A DNA stretch of 64,000 nucleotides from Candidatus Altiarchaeota archaeon (lineage in GTDB: Archaea; Altiarchaeota; Altiarchaeia; IMC4; SCGC-AAA252-I15), in the NCBI GenBank assembly GCA_043800255.1, contig JAZDNF010000003.1, positions 47,923 to 111,922 on the forward strand, in the 5' to 3' direction. The notes under the pieces are model-generated. The model made no database searches and was not told the DNA's origin. It saw nothing but the letters and a program-made list of their open reading frames with translations. Below, piece by piece: positions 48,073-58,909 of the stretch. How positions within the stretch are numbered: the stretch's first letter is position 1; each line of letters starts with the position of its first letter. The position numbers and the translations under genes were made by a program.

Positions 48073-49218
48073 TCAGAGGTAATCGTTCAGATTGAAATCC
48101 GAGAACTTCGCCACATGCTCGGGAGATGCGTAGACGCCCAATGTAAGCTTATCCTCCTCAGACTTCTCAAGCGCCTTAGCGAGTGAGGAAACCTCACCTA
48201 TCGTTTTCAGGGTCCCATCATGCTCGACCTTTATCTTGAACTCCGAGAGGTTCGCCTCAGGCAGGTCAGCGAGGACGTACCCCTCAGGTATCCCAAAAGC
48301 CGAGGATATGCTACTTGAGAGCTCGGCAGTGTCTATCTTCTCAACGCCGGCGTCAAGAGACTTTATCCTCTGCCTGCAGACCGTCTTGAAAAGCCTCCGC
48401 TCGTCAAGCCGCCCTATGATATCCTTCGGATAGCCTTCGGACGTCCTGAGCAGGGTGAACATGCCGGTGTCGTCCATCCTAACATAATCCTCGATGCTGA
48501 AATCATCTGACTTCGAAACCTGGAGGAGGGCCTCGCGTATCATGCACTCCGCTATCCTCTTCGTATGGTGCCTGTAGACTGTCTGATACATCAGATTCCT
48601 GCTTATCAGCAGGGACTCTATCACAGCCAGATCCTCCTCTGAAACGATTATCTCATCGCCGACCATCATGAAACTCGATATTATCCTCTCAACATCTATG
48701 ACACCATAGGCGACGCCAGCATAATAGGAGTCCCGCATCAGATAGTCCATCTTGTCAGCGTCTATCTCGGAGGATATTATTTCAGAAAGCCTGCTCCTGC
48801 CGAGGATGAGGTCAGAGACCTCCTCCGAGCTTATATCATATTCTCCAAGAGTGTCGGCCAGCTCCTCGCGTATAATCTTTGCGGTATTCTCCTCATGGAT
48901 TATGCCGAACGACTCCATAAGGGCGTCTGACGTGTGCGAAAGCGGGCCGTGACCTATGTCATGCAGGAGCCCCGCAACCCTCAGAAGATCCTTCTCATCA
49001 AGCTTCAACGTCTCAGCCATCACACCCGCAAGGTACATCACGCCCAGAGAATGCTCGAAGCGCGTTGAGTTCATCGCAGGGTATACTAGAAAACACAGCC
49101 CGTTCTGCCTGATCCTCCGCAGGCGCTGGACCGGCCTGCTGTCCAAGAGTCTTATCTCAAGGTCTGTGAGGAGTATGTCGCCGTGCATCGGATCCCTTAT
49201 CGTCTTCGAAAATGTCAT
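48073..49218 (-). CDS. HD-domain phosphohydrolase (dNTPase-like)
   Basis: RDPMHG; QRLRRIRQ; RFEHSLG; LLHDIGHGPLSH; DADKMDY. Confidence 0.92.
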   Translation of the reverse strand: MTFSKTIRDPMHGDILLTDLEIRLLDSRPVQRLRRIRQNGLCFLVYPAMNSTRFEHSLGVMYLAGVMAETLKLDEKDLLRVAGLLHDIGHGPLSHTSDALMESFGIIHEENTAKIIREELADTLGEYDISSEEVSDLILGRSRLSEIISSEIDADKMDYLMRDSYYAGVAYGVIDVERIISSFMMVGDEIIVSEEDLAVIESLLISRNLMYQTVYRHHTKRIAECMIREALLQVSKSDDFSIEDYVRMDDTGMFTLLRTSEGYPKDIIGRLDERRLFKTVCRQRIKSLDAGVEKIDTAELSSSISSAFGIPEGYVLADLPEANLSEFKIKVEHDGTLKTIGEVSSLAKALEKSEEDKLTLGVYASPEHVAKFSDFNLNDYL

Positions 49219-49249
49219 CCTAGTTTAATAAATCGTTCTAATATAATAT

Positions 49250-50017
49250 ATGGAAAAAAGCCACCAGTACGCCATAATCGCGGTGGTTGCTGTCGCGCTT
49301 GCAGCCTATGTTCTAAGCATCCCAAGCGACGCTGAAAAGCTTAGGAATGCCATGGTGTCTGCCGTTGACTCTGCAAGAACGTACAAGATTGAGCAGGAGA
49401 TAAGCGTTTTCATGTCAGGGGAAGTCGAAGGATCGAGCGTTCAAACGTCCCAGAGCGTTGTCGGACAGGGCGCCACAGACCTCGCCAACAGGAGGATGTA
49501 CATGGACGTGACATTGAACACGAACACCCAAAGCGAGAGGGACGTGCAGAACATAAGCGTATACTTCATCGGCGACACAACTTACGTGTACTCGGAGGGC
49601 GGCGTCGACAAGAGGGTTCTGGACAACTCCGACATAATATGGTCAAAGAGGACGCAGATCAGGCAGCAGGCTGATCTGATGAAAAACTCCAAAATAGAGC
49701 TCCTGCCGGAGGATGAAGGAATGTATGTCATAAAGGTGAAGCCTGACGCAAAGAAGCTCGTGAAATACATCACAGACCAGAGCATCACAGGCATCGACTC
49801 ACCAAGCTTGGATGATGCTAACGTAGATGCGCTCGCGGGCATGATGAAACGAATTGAGATATTCCAGTGGATTGGCAAGAACGACAACCTCCCCAGAAAA
49901 TTTACGATGAACATCCTACTGAGCGGAGGCGGCCTGGAAAGGGAGACCAACGTGACTCTCAGGATGTACGACTACAACATTCCGGTGACCATAGAACTGC
50001 CTGAACTAGAAGAATAA
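49250..50017 (+). CDS. Membrane-anchored extracellular protein (LppX/LolA-like beta fold)
   Basis: N-terminal TM; YFIGDTTYV; WIGK..LP; DYNIPVTIELP. Confidence 0.65.
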   Translation: MEKSHQYAIIAVVAVALAAYVLSIPSDAEKLRNAMVSAVDSARTYKIEQEISVFMSGEVEGSSVQTSQSVVGQGATDLANRRMYMDVTLNTNTQSERDVQNISVYFIGDTTYVYSEGGVDKRVLDNSDIIWSKRTQIRQQADLMKNSKIELLPEDEGMYVIKVKPDAKKLVKYITDQSITGIDSPSLDDANVDALAGMMKRIEIFQWIGKNDNLPRKFTMNILLSGGGLERETNVTLRMYDYNIPVTIELPELEE

Positions 50018-50018
50018 T

Positions 50019-50291
50019 CTATCTTTTTCTGCCGTAGATGATAAGGCCTGTGAGGGTCACCACAGCAACCGACAACGCCGTTGACGATGTGGTGATTGCG
50101 ATGCCGAAATTCTTGTTCAGGAAGTACAGCAGTATCATCGGCGTCAGGCCGAGTAGGAAGACTAGGCCCATCCGCTCGATGGTGTCGATTTCGTTTTTCT
50201 TCGGGAACAATGCAAGAGTGAGAGCGTAACCTGGAACGACTATCAACGATAATATCACTGCCGTGCCCTTTACGATGGTCAGAAAATCCAT
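50019..50291 (-). CDS. Small membrane protein (DUF1616-like)
   Basis: PGYALTLALFPK..ID.IER. Confidence 0.7.
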   Translation of the reverse strand: MDFLTIVKGTAVILSLIVVPGYALTLALFPKKNEIDTIERMGLVFLLGLTPMILLYFLNKNFGIAITTSSTALSVAVVTLTGLIIYGRKR

Positions 50292-50295
50292 GTAA

Positions 50296-51381
50296 TTATG
50301 ATAGGAGGTCTATAAAAAATAATGGAAGGTTCGAGAGGAACTTGGCTGCGAATGACGGGTTTCTCATGAAAAGGGAGATATCTTTGGATATCAGGTCCAT
50401 ATCCCCTTGGGATTCCAGCATGTCCTCATGCCCCTCCACTAGTGAGAACAATCTGTCAATGCCTTTGGGGTAAAAGCGGTTTAACATTTTTCTCATCATC
50501 AGGTGTAGGTATAATTCCCTGCCCACCGCAGTCCGCCATCTTCTCTCGTAATCATCATGCGCTGAAAGCTTTGCTGCGATACCCCCGAGCACGACTCCGC
50601 CGCCTGTGGTCGCCTTCACGTGGCCTGCCGCGTCACCTACGAGCATCTTGTTCCCATACTGAGTCCTCAGGGAGGAATCGTAGACTGGGATTGTCCCGGA
50701 TATTCTGTTAGAGCCTGAGCCGTGAATCCGCCCCTCCTTTTTCAGCTTTTTTATGAAACTTTCAAGCACAGGCAGGGGATTGCCTCCGGTGGCAACGCCA
50801 ACCCTCGCATAGTCTCCGGCAGGCACAACCCATGCGAAAAAATCCGGGACAATGAGATGCAGCTCAACCATGCTGGGATCGCATTCAACCTTCAGGTCGT
50901 ATTGGACTCCTATCAGGGATCTCTTTGGCATCGCAAGTCCGCATTTTTTCTGGAGGTGATAGTTTGTGCCTGTCGCGAATATTATCCTGTCCGATTCGAA
51001 ACTCCCGCCTGATGTGATGATCGTATCGCCTTCGAGGTTCAACACCTTCTCGTTGACTAAATCCGCTCCAGCCTGTACCGCGAGATTCTGCAGATGGCCG
51101 TCAAAAAGCCGTCTGTCCAGGACATAAGCCCTCTCGGAGTCCGCCCTTATTTCAAGAACCCTGCCGGATGGGGAGAACATCCTGGCGCCCTTGACAGAAT
51201 TAAGAACGAAGTCGCCCCCGGAAATGCCAAGCTTCTCCAGCCCGGATTTTGAAACAAGGCCGGTGCAGTGCACTGGTTGTGTCTTGTCGTCCTCGAAAAT
51301 CCTGACATCATGCTCTCGAGCGCATTCTCTGGCCGCCAAGCAGCCTGCTGGGCCCGCGCCCACAACAGAGACCACACCCAT
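50296..51381 (-). CDS. Geranylgeranyl reductase family flavoprotein
   Basis: VVGAGPAG; HCTGLVS; DR..FD; FFAWVVP; VGDAAGHVKATTGGG. Confidence 0.9.
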   Translation of the reverse strand: MGVVSVVGAGPAGCLAARECAREHDVRIFEDDKTQPVHCTGLVSKSGLEKLGISGGDFVLNSVKGARMFSPSGRVLEIRADSERAYVLDRRLFDGHLQNLAVQAGADLVNEKVLNLEGDTIITSGGSFESDRIIFATGTNYHLQKKCGLAMPKRSLIGVQYDLKVECDPSMVELHLIVPDFFAWVVPAGDYARVGVATGGNPLPVLESFIKKLKKEGRIHGSGSNRISGTIPVYDSSLRTQYGNKMLVGDAAGHVKATTGGGVVLGGIAAKLSAHDDYERRWRTAVGRELYLHLMMRKMLNRFYPKGIDRLFSLVEGHEDMLESQGDMDLISKDISLFMRNPSFAAKFLSNLPLFFIDLLS

Positions 51382-51382
51382 C

Positions 51383-52159
51383 TTAGACCTTCCTGCCCTT
51401 CCTGCGCAGCTTAAGCCTCAGCTCGCTCAGCTTTCCTATGAGCTCCTTCGTGGCCCTCAACGTGGGGTCGCCGCTTTTGAGGTTCTCGACCTTCACGAAA
51501 TTCTTTTTGTGGAGGAGTTTGGCGAATTTCATCACCTGCTTCTCGTCAGTGCCCAGATTGCGGGCCGCGTCCGAGACCCTTATCTTGCCTATCCTCCCCA
51601 AAAGCTTTAACAGGTCTTGGAGTTGGACGTTGACGGTCTCATATTCGCCCTCGAAACCCAAATCCAAGTCAGAAGCAAGACCGGTTTTCGCAAGTATCTT
51701 CTCCCAGCTCTCATCGTCTTTGACCTGCAATGCGCTGTCCTTGGACAGAACCTCTTCTCGAGTACTGTTAAGCTCCAGGTTCAATTCCCGGGCAGTCTTT
51801 TCAAACGAGGCTATATTCCTGTCCTTCGCCGCAATCTCGTCCTCGAACCTCTTGCGCTCGTCCTCAAGCGTTTTTTCAAGCTCAAGCTTAGCCTTATGCT
51901 CCTTCCGCAGATGATAACTCAGTGAGTCGATGTGCTCCTGCTCTATGGTTCTCAAGGCCTCCTCCCCGGAGATTATTCCCTGTTCTACTTGGAGGAGCTT
52001 CTGGTACTGTTCTGTGAACTTCTTCTCGCGCTCCTTCAGCTCGGCCGCGAGCTGCTCGTTTTTCTTCTTCTCAGCCTCGTACAGCTTTCTTAACTGTTGA
52101 AGTTCCTCTGCAGAATCCTTCTGGTCTCCAGCCGTTTTTCCAGCGTCTTCTGAGCCCAT
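51383..52159 (-). CDS. Coiled-coil protein with C-terminal wHTH
   Basis: Long heptad region; KIRVSDAARNLG..KFAKLL. Confidence 0.65.
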   Translation of the reverse strand: MGSEDAGKTAGDQKDSAEELQQLRKLYEAEKKKNEQLAAELKEREKKFTEQYQKLLQVEQGIISGEEALRTIEQEHIDSLSYHLRKEHKAKLELEKTLEDERKRFEDEIAAKDRNIASFEKTARELNLELNSTREEVLSKDSALQVKDDESWEKILAKTGLASDLDLGFEGEYETVNVQLQDLLKLLGRIGKIRVSDAARNLGTDEKQVMKFAKLLHKKNFVKVENLKSGDPTLRATKELIGKLSELRLKLRRKGRKV

Positions 52160-52160
52160 A

Positions 52161-53231
52161 TTATCTGAGATCGACAACGTCAAAAACATCAGGTCCGGTG
52201 GATATCAGACTGACATCAACGCCTAACTCCTCCTCTAGCTTATCCAAGTATTCTCTCGCAGCCTCTGAAAGCTTGTCATAATCTCTAATACCCTGGCACT
52301 CCGGGAAGAGCTTGTCAATGCAGGTGACAATAACCTTTGTGGCGCCGTTGACCATTACACTGTACCTTGCAAGCTTGAAATCGAAGTCCGCTATCTTCCT
52401 AGGCCTGCCTGTGACAGTCCCCTTCTCCCCGAGGAAGTGAGCTATCCTCTCGTTCGCGTTTTGTCCTGGGGAGTCGGCCTCCTGCGCCGCCTTCAGGATT
52501 CTGCTCCACATCCTGCTCTTCTTCACATCATCATCTGAGAGATACTTTACATAGGGATCCTCCCCCACCCGGGACATGTAAGCCTTGTAGACGACATAGA
52601 CTTCGTCAATCTTCGTCGGCCCGATTCCCACATCAGCTGCCGCGGTGCTGGCGCTGGTGTCCTTCGATGTGACATAAGGATAGTTCCCATAGTATACTGA
52701 CAGCCCGAAACCCTGCGTCCCCTCTATGAGGACGTCTTTGCCGTCTTTTATCGCATCATTCACGGTGAGCGGGACATCGGTCAGGTAATCTTTCAGTTCC
52801 GGGAAGTCTTCCGCCCTCCTGGCAACCCGGTTAACCCTGTCAGCATTCGCAGGACCGCACCCGGAGCCGGTCGTCCCAATCTTCTTGGAATTGCCTGACG
52901 CATCAAGTTTCCTGTGCCTCTCATCTATCACAGTGCAGCGCCTGTCGAGGAACGCCCGCCCCCTCGTCTCTGTCAGCTCAATCTCGTCCAGAAACCGTCT
53001 CGGATCAACAAGCACGCCAGCCCCAACCAGCAGCTTCGACTTCGCGTTCACGAACCCGCATGTTATCATCCGAAGCCCGTACTTTTTCCCATCCTTGTAA
53101 ACAGTGTGGCCTGCATTAGGCCCAACACCCGCTCGAGCTATGATACGAGGATCATCCTTCAAGGCAAGATAGGACACCATCTTCCCCTTACCCTCATCAC
53201 CATAATGGCCGCCAACAACAATCGAATTCAT
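52161..53231 (-). CDS. purA: Adenylosuccinate synthetase (short archaeal type)
   Basis: GGHYGDEGKGK; GPNAGHT; IGTTGSGCGP; EGTQG; YPYVTS; GTVTGRPR. Confidence 0.95.
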   Translation of the reverse strand: MNSIVVGGHYGDEGKGKMVSYLALKDDPRIIARAGVGPNAGHTVYKDGKKYGLRMITCGFVNAKSKLLVGAGVLVDPRRFLDEIELTETRGRAFLDRRCTVIDERHRKLDASGNSKKIGTTGSGCGPANADRVNRVARRAEDFPELKDYLTDVPLTVNDAIKDGKDVLIEGTQGFGLSVYYGNYPYVTSKDTSASTAAADVGIGPTKIDEVYVVYKAYMSRVGEDPYVKYLSDDDVKKSRMWSRILKAAQEADSPGQNANERIAHFLGEKGTVTGRPRKIADFDFKLARYSVMVNGATKVIVTCIDKLFPECQGIRDYDKLSEAAREYLDKLEEELGVDVSLISTGPDVFDVVDLR

Positions 53232-53281
53232 CCTGTTGAGGTATAAATTAAACGGAAACGTTAAAATAGTTATTAACAAGA

Positions 53282-54073
53282 ATGTACGCCATCGAGACTA
53301 TTAATCTGACAAAGGATTATCCGTTGCACAGAGGCCTCCTTCATGCGCTGAGGAAGCCTTTTGCGAAGGAGACTATCAGGGCGTTGGACAATGTCTCGCT
53401 CCACGTCGAAAGAGGGGAACTGTTTGGCATCCTGGGTCTGAACGGCGCAGGAAAGACCACGCTGATAAAGATTTTATGCTCTCTGATACTGCCTACTGCA
53501 GGTAAGGCGTATGTCAACGGATATGATGTCGAAAGTGAGGATATATTAGTCAGAAAGAGCATAGGTTTCGTCAACACCAACGAGCGGAGTTTCTACTGGA
53601 GGCTCACTGGACGGCAGAACCTCGAATTTTTTGCCGCATTATATGACATCAAGAATCCTAGAGACAGGATAGATGAGTTACTCAACTTCCTTAACCTGGA
53701 AAAAATCGCGGACAACCGGTTTGACACCTACTCCACTGGGATGAAGCACAGGATGTCAATAGCGCGGGGATTGCTCCATGACCCTGAGATCCTGTTCTTT
53801 GACGAGCCGACCGCTGGCTTGGATGTCAGAAGCTCACATCATATCCGACAGTTCATAAAAGAGGAACTTGTCGGAAGACGCAAGAAGACTGTTATTCTTA
53901 CAACGCATAACATGAAGGAGGCTGAGACGCTCTGCGATATAGTGTCAATCTTGCATGAGGGTAGAGTGAAGGTAACGGGAACTCTTAAACAGATAAAAAA
54001 GGGATTGAACCAGGATGAGTCTATCGATTTGGAGGATGCCCTTAAAGTGTTGTCAGGTGATATGGATGGATAA
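53282..54073 (+). CDS. ABC exporter ATP-binding subunit
   Basis: GLNGAGKTT; YSTGM; FFDEPTAGLD; TTH. Confidence 0.95.
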   Translation: MYAIETINLTKDYPLHRGLLHALRKPFAKETIRALDNVSLHVERGELFGILGLNGAGKTTLIKILCSLILPTAGKAYVNGYDVESEDILVRKSIGFVNTNERSFYWRLTGRQNLEFFAALYDIKNPRDRIDELLNFLNLEKIADNRFDTYSTGMKHRMSIARGLLHDPEILFFDEPTAGLDVRSSHHIRQFIKEELVGRRKKTVILTTHNMKEAETLCDIVSILHEGRVKVTGTLKQIKKGLNQDESIDLEDALKVLSGDMDG

Positions 54074-54866
54074 GCTGCTGGCTTTTCTAAGAAGAGACTT
54101 TTTGAACGCTACCAGCTACAAAATGTCTTTTATCCTGCAGTTTGGAGGCATATTTTTTTCCGTTCTTACGTTCTATTACATTTCAAAACTGGTTGGCGAC
54201 GGCGCCTCACAGTATCTCAGCTCCTATGGGGGAGATTACTTCGCCTTCGTCCTTGTGGGGATAGCATTCTGGAATTATCTCATAGTCAGCCTCCAAAGTT
54301 TTTCCAGGTCGATTAGAGATGCCCAGTTAACAGGCACGCTTGAGAGCATATTCGTAACACCAACTAGAATCTCGCAGATTCTGATAGGGTCTGCAATCTG
54401 GGATTTTATTCTGACTTCATTCCACATAATGTTGTATCTTCTGCTAGGAGTTCTTATCTTTGACGTAAATCTTAACGTGAACTACATAGGGGCGATAGTA
54501 GTTCTCGCTCTTACAATCCTTACCTTCGTAAGTATTGGCATCATATCTGCCTGTTTTACCCTGGTCTTCAAAAAGGGAGACCCCATAAACTGGGCTATCA
54601 CCAGCGTATCAGGCCTACTGGGGGGCGTCTTCTACCCGATAAGCATACTCCCAGACTGGGTTCAAAAACTGTCCAGGATACTGCCAATAACCTACGCTCT
54701 AGAGGGGATGAGAAAGGCATTATTGCAAGGTTTGAGCCCAACATCATTGATGAATGAGATAAGTATTCTGACATTATTCTGCGTTATGATGATGTTATTA
54801 AGTCTAATTTGTCTCAAATACAGTATCAGAAAGGTGAAAAATGAGGGTGGTTTAGTAGAGTATTGA
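54066..54866 (+). CDS. ABC-2 type permease
   Basis: GTLESIFVTP; GGVFYPISILP; LPITY. Confidence 0.9.
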   Translation: MDKLLAFLRRDFLNATSYKMSFILQFGGIFFSVLTFYYISKLVGDGASQYLSSYGGDYFAFVLVGIAFWNYLIVSLQSFSRSIRDAQLTGTLESIFVTPTRISQILIGSAIWDFILTSFHIMLYLLLGVLIFDVNLNVNYIGAIVVLALTILTFVSIGIISACFTLVFKKGDPINWAITSVSGLLGGVFYPISILPDWVQKLSRILPITYALEGMRKALLQGLSPTSLMNEISILTLFCVMMMLLSLICLKYSIRKVKNEGGLVEY

Positions 54867-54949
54867 ACGGAAACGAATAATTAGAAAACTCGGGATAAAT
54901 CATAACATTCTTGATAATTCTATTGAGAATAATTACCACTATTCAACTA

Positions 54950-55509
54950 CTAGGGGTTTTGACGAGAGATACAATCGTTTCTCAGTGTGCTATCGGATAT
55001 AGAATCACAGAGTTGTGGAAGTTTGTTTTCAAATGCAATGACAAAAAGACATTCGTCCTTCCAGCACCGGTTTTTGACCTGGGAACATATTGAAACGTCG
55101 GCTTTATAGACGCCGACTTTTGCGAGGCACAGATCTTCAAAATTAGGTTCTAGGCTGTTGCATAACGTCTCGTTTTGAACCTTGTCGCAAGTATCATTAC
55201 ACATTGGAATACCTTATTCTCATTTTCTAACGTCATGCATATTGAAACGTTCCCAATTGGTAAAACTTCTGTCATGCATCTTTCTCTTATTGAAAGATTA
55301 TCGATTTCGTTACACTGAGCAATGTCGCCAGAGCTGATGGCCGTACAAAGCAACGGATCAACGACGTGTGAGATTTTATCGCAGATGCTCGTGTCTTTCA
55401 CTGAACGCACTACCCTTAGAAAACAACCAAGATAGTTCTCATAATCGGCTATTGGAACATTCTTTATCTGTTCACAATAACTTGTATCATGTGTCATATA
55501 TCCTACCAA
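54950..55509 (-). pseudogene. Frameshifted, 5'-truncated Cys-rich repeat surface protein
   Basis: Two overlapping frames with the same D.S.C..I.....C repeat; they join as ..ILATRFK/NETLCNSL across a short A-run at about 55173-55176. Confidence 0.65.
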
Positions 55510-55682
55510 TCACCTACTCATTAACAGCAATGAGAAATGCCCTATTGAATGGTCACTCCTTAAACCAATTAATTCCATCTATAATATCCCTGATATTATT
55601 CTCAATAATAATCCCGCTAAGTTTTGTTATGTTGAAATGCAGTAAAAAATCTAAGGGTACTGGATACCTGCTTGAGTATTAA
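55491..55682 (+). pseudogene. 3' remnant of a second ABC-2 permease
   Basis: ILPITYSLTAMRNALLNG...GYLLEY aligns with ILPITYALEGMRKALLQG...GGLVEY of 54066..54866. Confidence 0.75.
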
Positions 55683-55715
55683 ACAGATTACCCGTATAAA
55701 AATAGTGGGATAACC

Positions 55716-56315
55716 ATGTATTTAAACAATAATTCGAAGTTGGTTAACATGAAGGCTGACTCCTCCAGCACAGATAATTCTGAGAAAAGATTGAATGAGA
55801 GATTATTGGTCTTAACCGTGTCCTTGTTGATAGTGAGTATGGTAGTTTTCGTATTTGATTATTCAAAAAGCAGATACATTAAAACAGAAATTCAAGAAGG
55901 AAAAATATATCCTGAATATTGGATGGACTCCGATTTACCGGGTAATTTTGAACTAGTGGCATCACATGTACAGAAAGGTAAGGTTACTAGAAACTCATCA
56001 ATTGAATCTGATGCTCTATTGATGATCTACCGCAGAAGGTATGTTGATGAAATAATATTTGGCACAATGAAAATTGAGAATCAGTCCACAGCTATCAAGT
56101 CCATGTTAGATTCACAAACTAGTGAAATCATAGGGATTAGTGAATTTAACGAACACATCTACCTTAGAAGGTCCGACCCATCGCGAATAACTTATTCCTG
56201 GATTAATGATGACAACATACTATGGACAACATCATTAAACCACTTAAAGAATGAGTTGGATGTTGCCACGAAGTTTATTGCGGATGAATTTCCACCTTCA
56301 ACAGGATTAATGTGA
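55716..56315 (+). CDS. Hypothetical membrane-anchored protein
   Basis: N-terminal TM; YSW...KFIADEFPPST resembles 26684..27208. Confidence 0.6.
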   Translation: MYLNNNSKLVNMKADSSSTDNSEKRLNERLLVLTVSLLIVSMVVFVFDYSKSRYIKTEIQEGKIYPEYWMDSDLPGNFELVASHVQKGKVTRNSSIESDALLMIYRRRYVDEIIFGTMKIENQSTAIKSMLDSQTSEIIGISEFNEHIYLRRSDPSRITYSWINDDNILWTTSLNHLKNELDVATKFIADEFPPSTGLM

Positions 56316-56366
56316 TGACTTAGATGTTAGTTTTCGCTCAACCCCTATTTTAGCAGTATCTGACTG

Positions 56367-57710
56367 ATGAAAATCACTTTATTTTGGCCTCAATTAATGG
56401 CCAATCCAGAAACACCCCCACTGAACATAGCGCAATTAGGTTCTGTTCTAAAAGAGTCAGGTTACGATGTATCATATAATGTGGGCAATGTCAAAACAAC
56501 AGATTGTGGCATAAGTCAAGCAAAAAGGATTCTTAAAAAACACGTTATCAAATTGGAAAAATCTAATTCAGACATTCTATCGGTTAGTATGTGGTTTTTT
56601 AATCTTCCCTACGCTTTGGAACTCATTGAGCTTTACAAATCACGGAATCCAGAGGTAAAAATAATAGCGGGAGGCTATCCACCAACAATTTTTCCGGATG
56701 AAATATTAAGGATCTCATCAGGAGTGGACTATTTGGTGCGCGGAGAGGGCGAAGCTACTTTATTGGAGCTGGTGTCAGCCTTAAATAAGAATAAACCAGT
56801 GGAAAACATTAACGGCATATCTTTCAGAGATAATAAAAACAGGCCAGTGAATACTAGAACACGTTTATTGCCAGATAACCTGGATAGATTACCATTTCCA
56901 GATTACTCTGATCTACTTGGTAACAATCAATATGAATCAATTTCTCTACAAACTATGCGAGGTTGTGTGTATAATTGTCCATTCTGCACTTCAGAGCAAA
57001 TGTATGGGCATCTTAGAACAAAATCAGTTGGGTACGTTTACAAGGAAATTAAGCACTATATCCAAGAATTCAACATTGATAATTTTTTAATTGTTGATAA
57101 TATTTTTACGTTTGACAATAGTCGGACAAAAAAGTTCTGCAAGCTCCTTGGGGATAACGGATTGAATATTAAATGGCGGTGCTACTCCCATCTTGATACA
57201 ATAACTCCAGAAATAGCGAAAGTTATGGGAAAATCTGGATGTTCTAGAATATTTTATGGTGTAGAAAGTACGAATCCTAGGACCATGCAAAACTTGAAAA
57301 AAACAGCGAAACCCGAGGAATACGTCACCAAAATACTCAAGATTGTGGTAGAAACTTTAGAGCATACAGATGTTAGAGTTTCAGGTATTGTTGGATTTCC
57401 TTGGGAAACAATAGATGAGATGACAAACACTTTAAATTTTATGCGAATGCTTCAGAAACTTGGTTCTGAACTCCATTTAGGTGCACTTGTAATACTCCCC
57501 GGATCCCAACTATGGCAGGATTACTTGGACAAAAAGATCGAATTGGTAAAAATTTCAACAGACAATAGTTTAGTGTACCATAATTTATTTTTTGAAAAAT
57601 ATGAGCATTTGCCATGGTGTGTTCCAACAAAGTGGCTACCTAAGAATGCTTATGTCGAAGCAGATGAACTGGAGAAATTTTTATGTGAAAATCACGTTTA
57701 TGTTGGATAG
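56367..57710 (+). CDS. Cobalamin-binding radical SAM enzyme (class B methyltransferase-like)
   Basis: PPL; IAGGYPPT; VRGEGE; LPFPDY; MRGCVYNCPFC; YGVES. Confidence 0.9.
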   Translation: MKITLFWPQLMANPETPPLNIAQLGSVLKESGYDVSYNVGNVKTTDCGISQAKRILKKHVIKLEKSNSDILSVSMWFFNLPYALELIELYKSRNPEVKIIAGGYPPTIFPDEILRISSGVDYLVRGEGEATLLELVSALNKNKPVENINGISFRDNKNRPVNTRTRLLPDNLDRLPFPDYSDLLGNNQYESISLQTMRGCVYNCPFCTSEQMYGHLRTKSVGYVYKEIKHYIQEFNIDNFLIVDNIFTFDNSRTKKFCKLLGDNGLNIKWRCYSHLDTITPEIAKVMGKSGCSRIFYGVESTNPRTMQNLKKTAKPEEYVTKILKIVVETLEHTDVRVSGIVGFPWETIDEMTNTLNFMRMLQKLGSELHLGALVILPGSQLWQDYLDKKIELVKISTDNSLVYHNLFFEKYEHLPWCVPTKWLPKNAYVEADELEKFLCENHVYVG

Positions 57711-57790
57711 TTGGAAATGCGACAGTAAACTGCTAAGTTTATTCTCTTGGTTTATTTGAATCCTTCAAGCAGAGTAGGATCTTGTTATTT

Positions 57791-58909
57791 TCACAGTTTT
57801 GCGAGTCTCTCATAATTATTTACTACCTTAGGAATATTCGCTTGTAGAGAATACTTATTTCTGATTTCATAAATTGCATTCTGGATTAATTCGTTACGTA
57901 GTTTACTATCGTATAGTAGGGTTATAATCGAGTTTTTTAAATCTTCCACCTGGCCAGGTTTAACAAGAACACCAGTCCGATTATTTTTCACGTATTCCAT
58001 AATACCTGGAAGTTTTGTTGATATCACAGGACACCCACATGCCATAGCCTCAAGGAGCACGTTAGGACAGTAATCATAGTATGAAGGTATAACAAGAACA
58101 TCACTCCCCGTGTAGTATGATGGCATTTCTTCATTCGTGACTGGTCCAACCCACCGCACATTAGGTAATTTGTTAATCACAGGCAGATAGCTCAAACAAT
58201 CTTGTTGCATAGGACCCACAAGTACAAATTCAGCATCTAATTTTTTTGCAGATTTCAAGAGTATTTCAATTCCCTTGCGTTTAGCAATACTCCCAACAAA
58301 TAGTACTATTTTCTTATCTGATGGGATATTGAATCTCTCATGTAGACCCAGATCTTTTTTCTTTTTTCTTGAAAATTTTTCAGTATTTACAAAACGGGGG
58401 ACTACCTCGATATCCACAGATAAGTGATATCTCTCGTAGTCTTCTTTTATTTGTTTTGAAATTGCTGTCACACAATCTGACTCCTTTAACAAAATCTTCT
58501 CTATCTTCAGGGTTTCATCCAATTTGTCGACATTTATGAAATCACTCCACAAGTTACATAGATTGACTAGAGTCGGCTTTTTTGTCTCTCGCTTCAATAG
58601 GAGTGGTATGAGAACAGGGTATAGTTCATGAACAACTAACTCAACATGCATTACATTTATTCCGCTCGATTTGACGATATTTGAAAGTAATCTTGCAAAT
58701 TCAAAAGGATTGGTGTTTTCATGTGAGCTGAAAGAATGTAAGATTGCTCCTTTCGGAACATCTGGTTGGATGCATGAATCATTTTCATAATATAGAACAT
58801 GAAGTTCATCCAAATACCTTACTAATTGCGACATTAGATGATAGCTGTGATAACTCGCCCCGATTATTGTTGGGGGTAGATATCCCGTCATAAATAGGAG
58901 TTTAACCAT
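57791..58909 (-). CDS. Glycosyltransferase family 4
   Basis: FVGSIAKRKG; PS..D..PNVLLEAMACGCPVI. Confidence 0.9.
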   Translation of the reverse strand: MVKLLFMTGYLPPTIIGASYHSYHLMSQLVRYLDELHVLYYENDSCIQPDVPKGAILHSFSSHENTNPFEFARLLSNIVKSSGINVMHVELVVHELYPVLIPLLLKRETKKPTLVNLCNLWSDFINVDKLDETLKIEKILLKESDCVTAISKQIKEDYERYHLSVDIEVVPRFVNTEKFSRKKKKDLGLHERFNIPSDKKIVLFVGSIAKRKGIEILLKSAKKLDAEFVLVGPMQQDCLSYLPVINKLPNVRWVGPVTNEEMPSYYTGSDVLVIPSYYDYCPNVLLEAMACGCPVISTKLPGIMEYVKNNRTGVLVKPGQVEDLKNSIITLLYDSKLRNELIQNAIYEIRNKYSLQANIPKVVNNYERLAKL

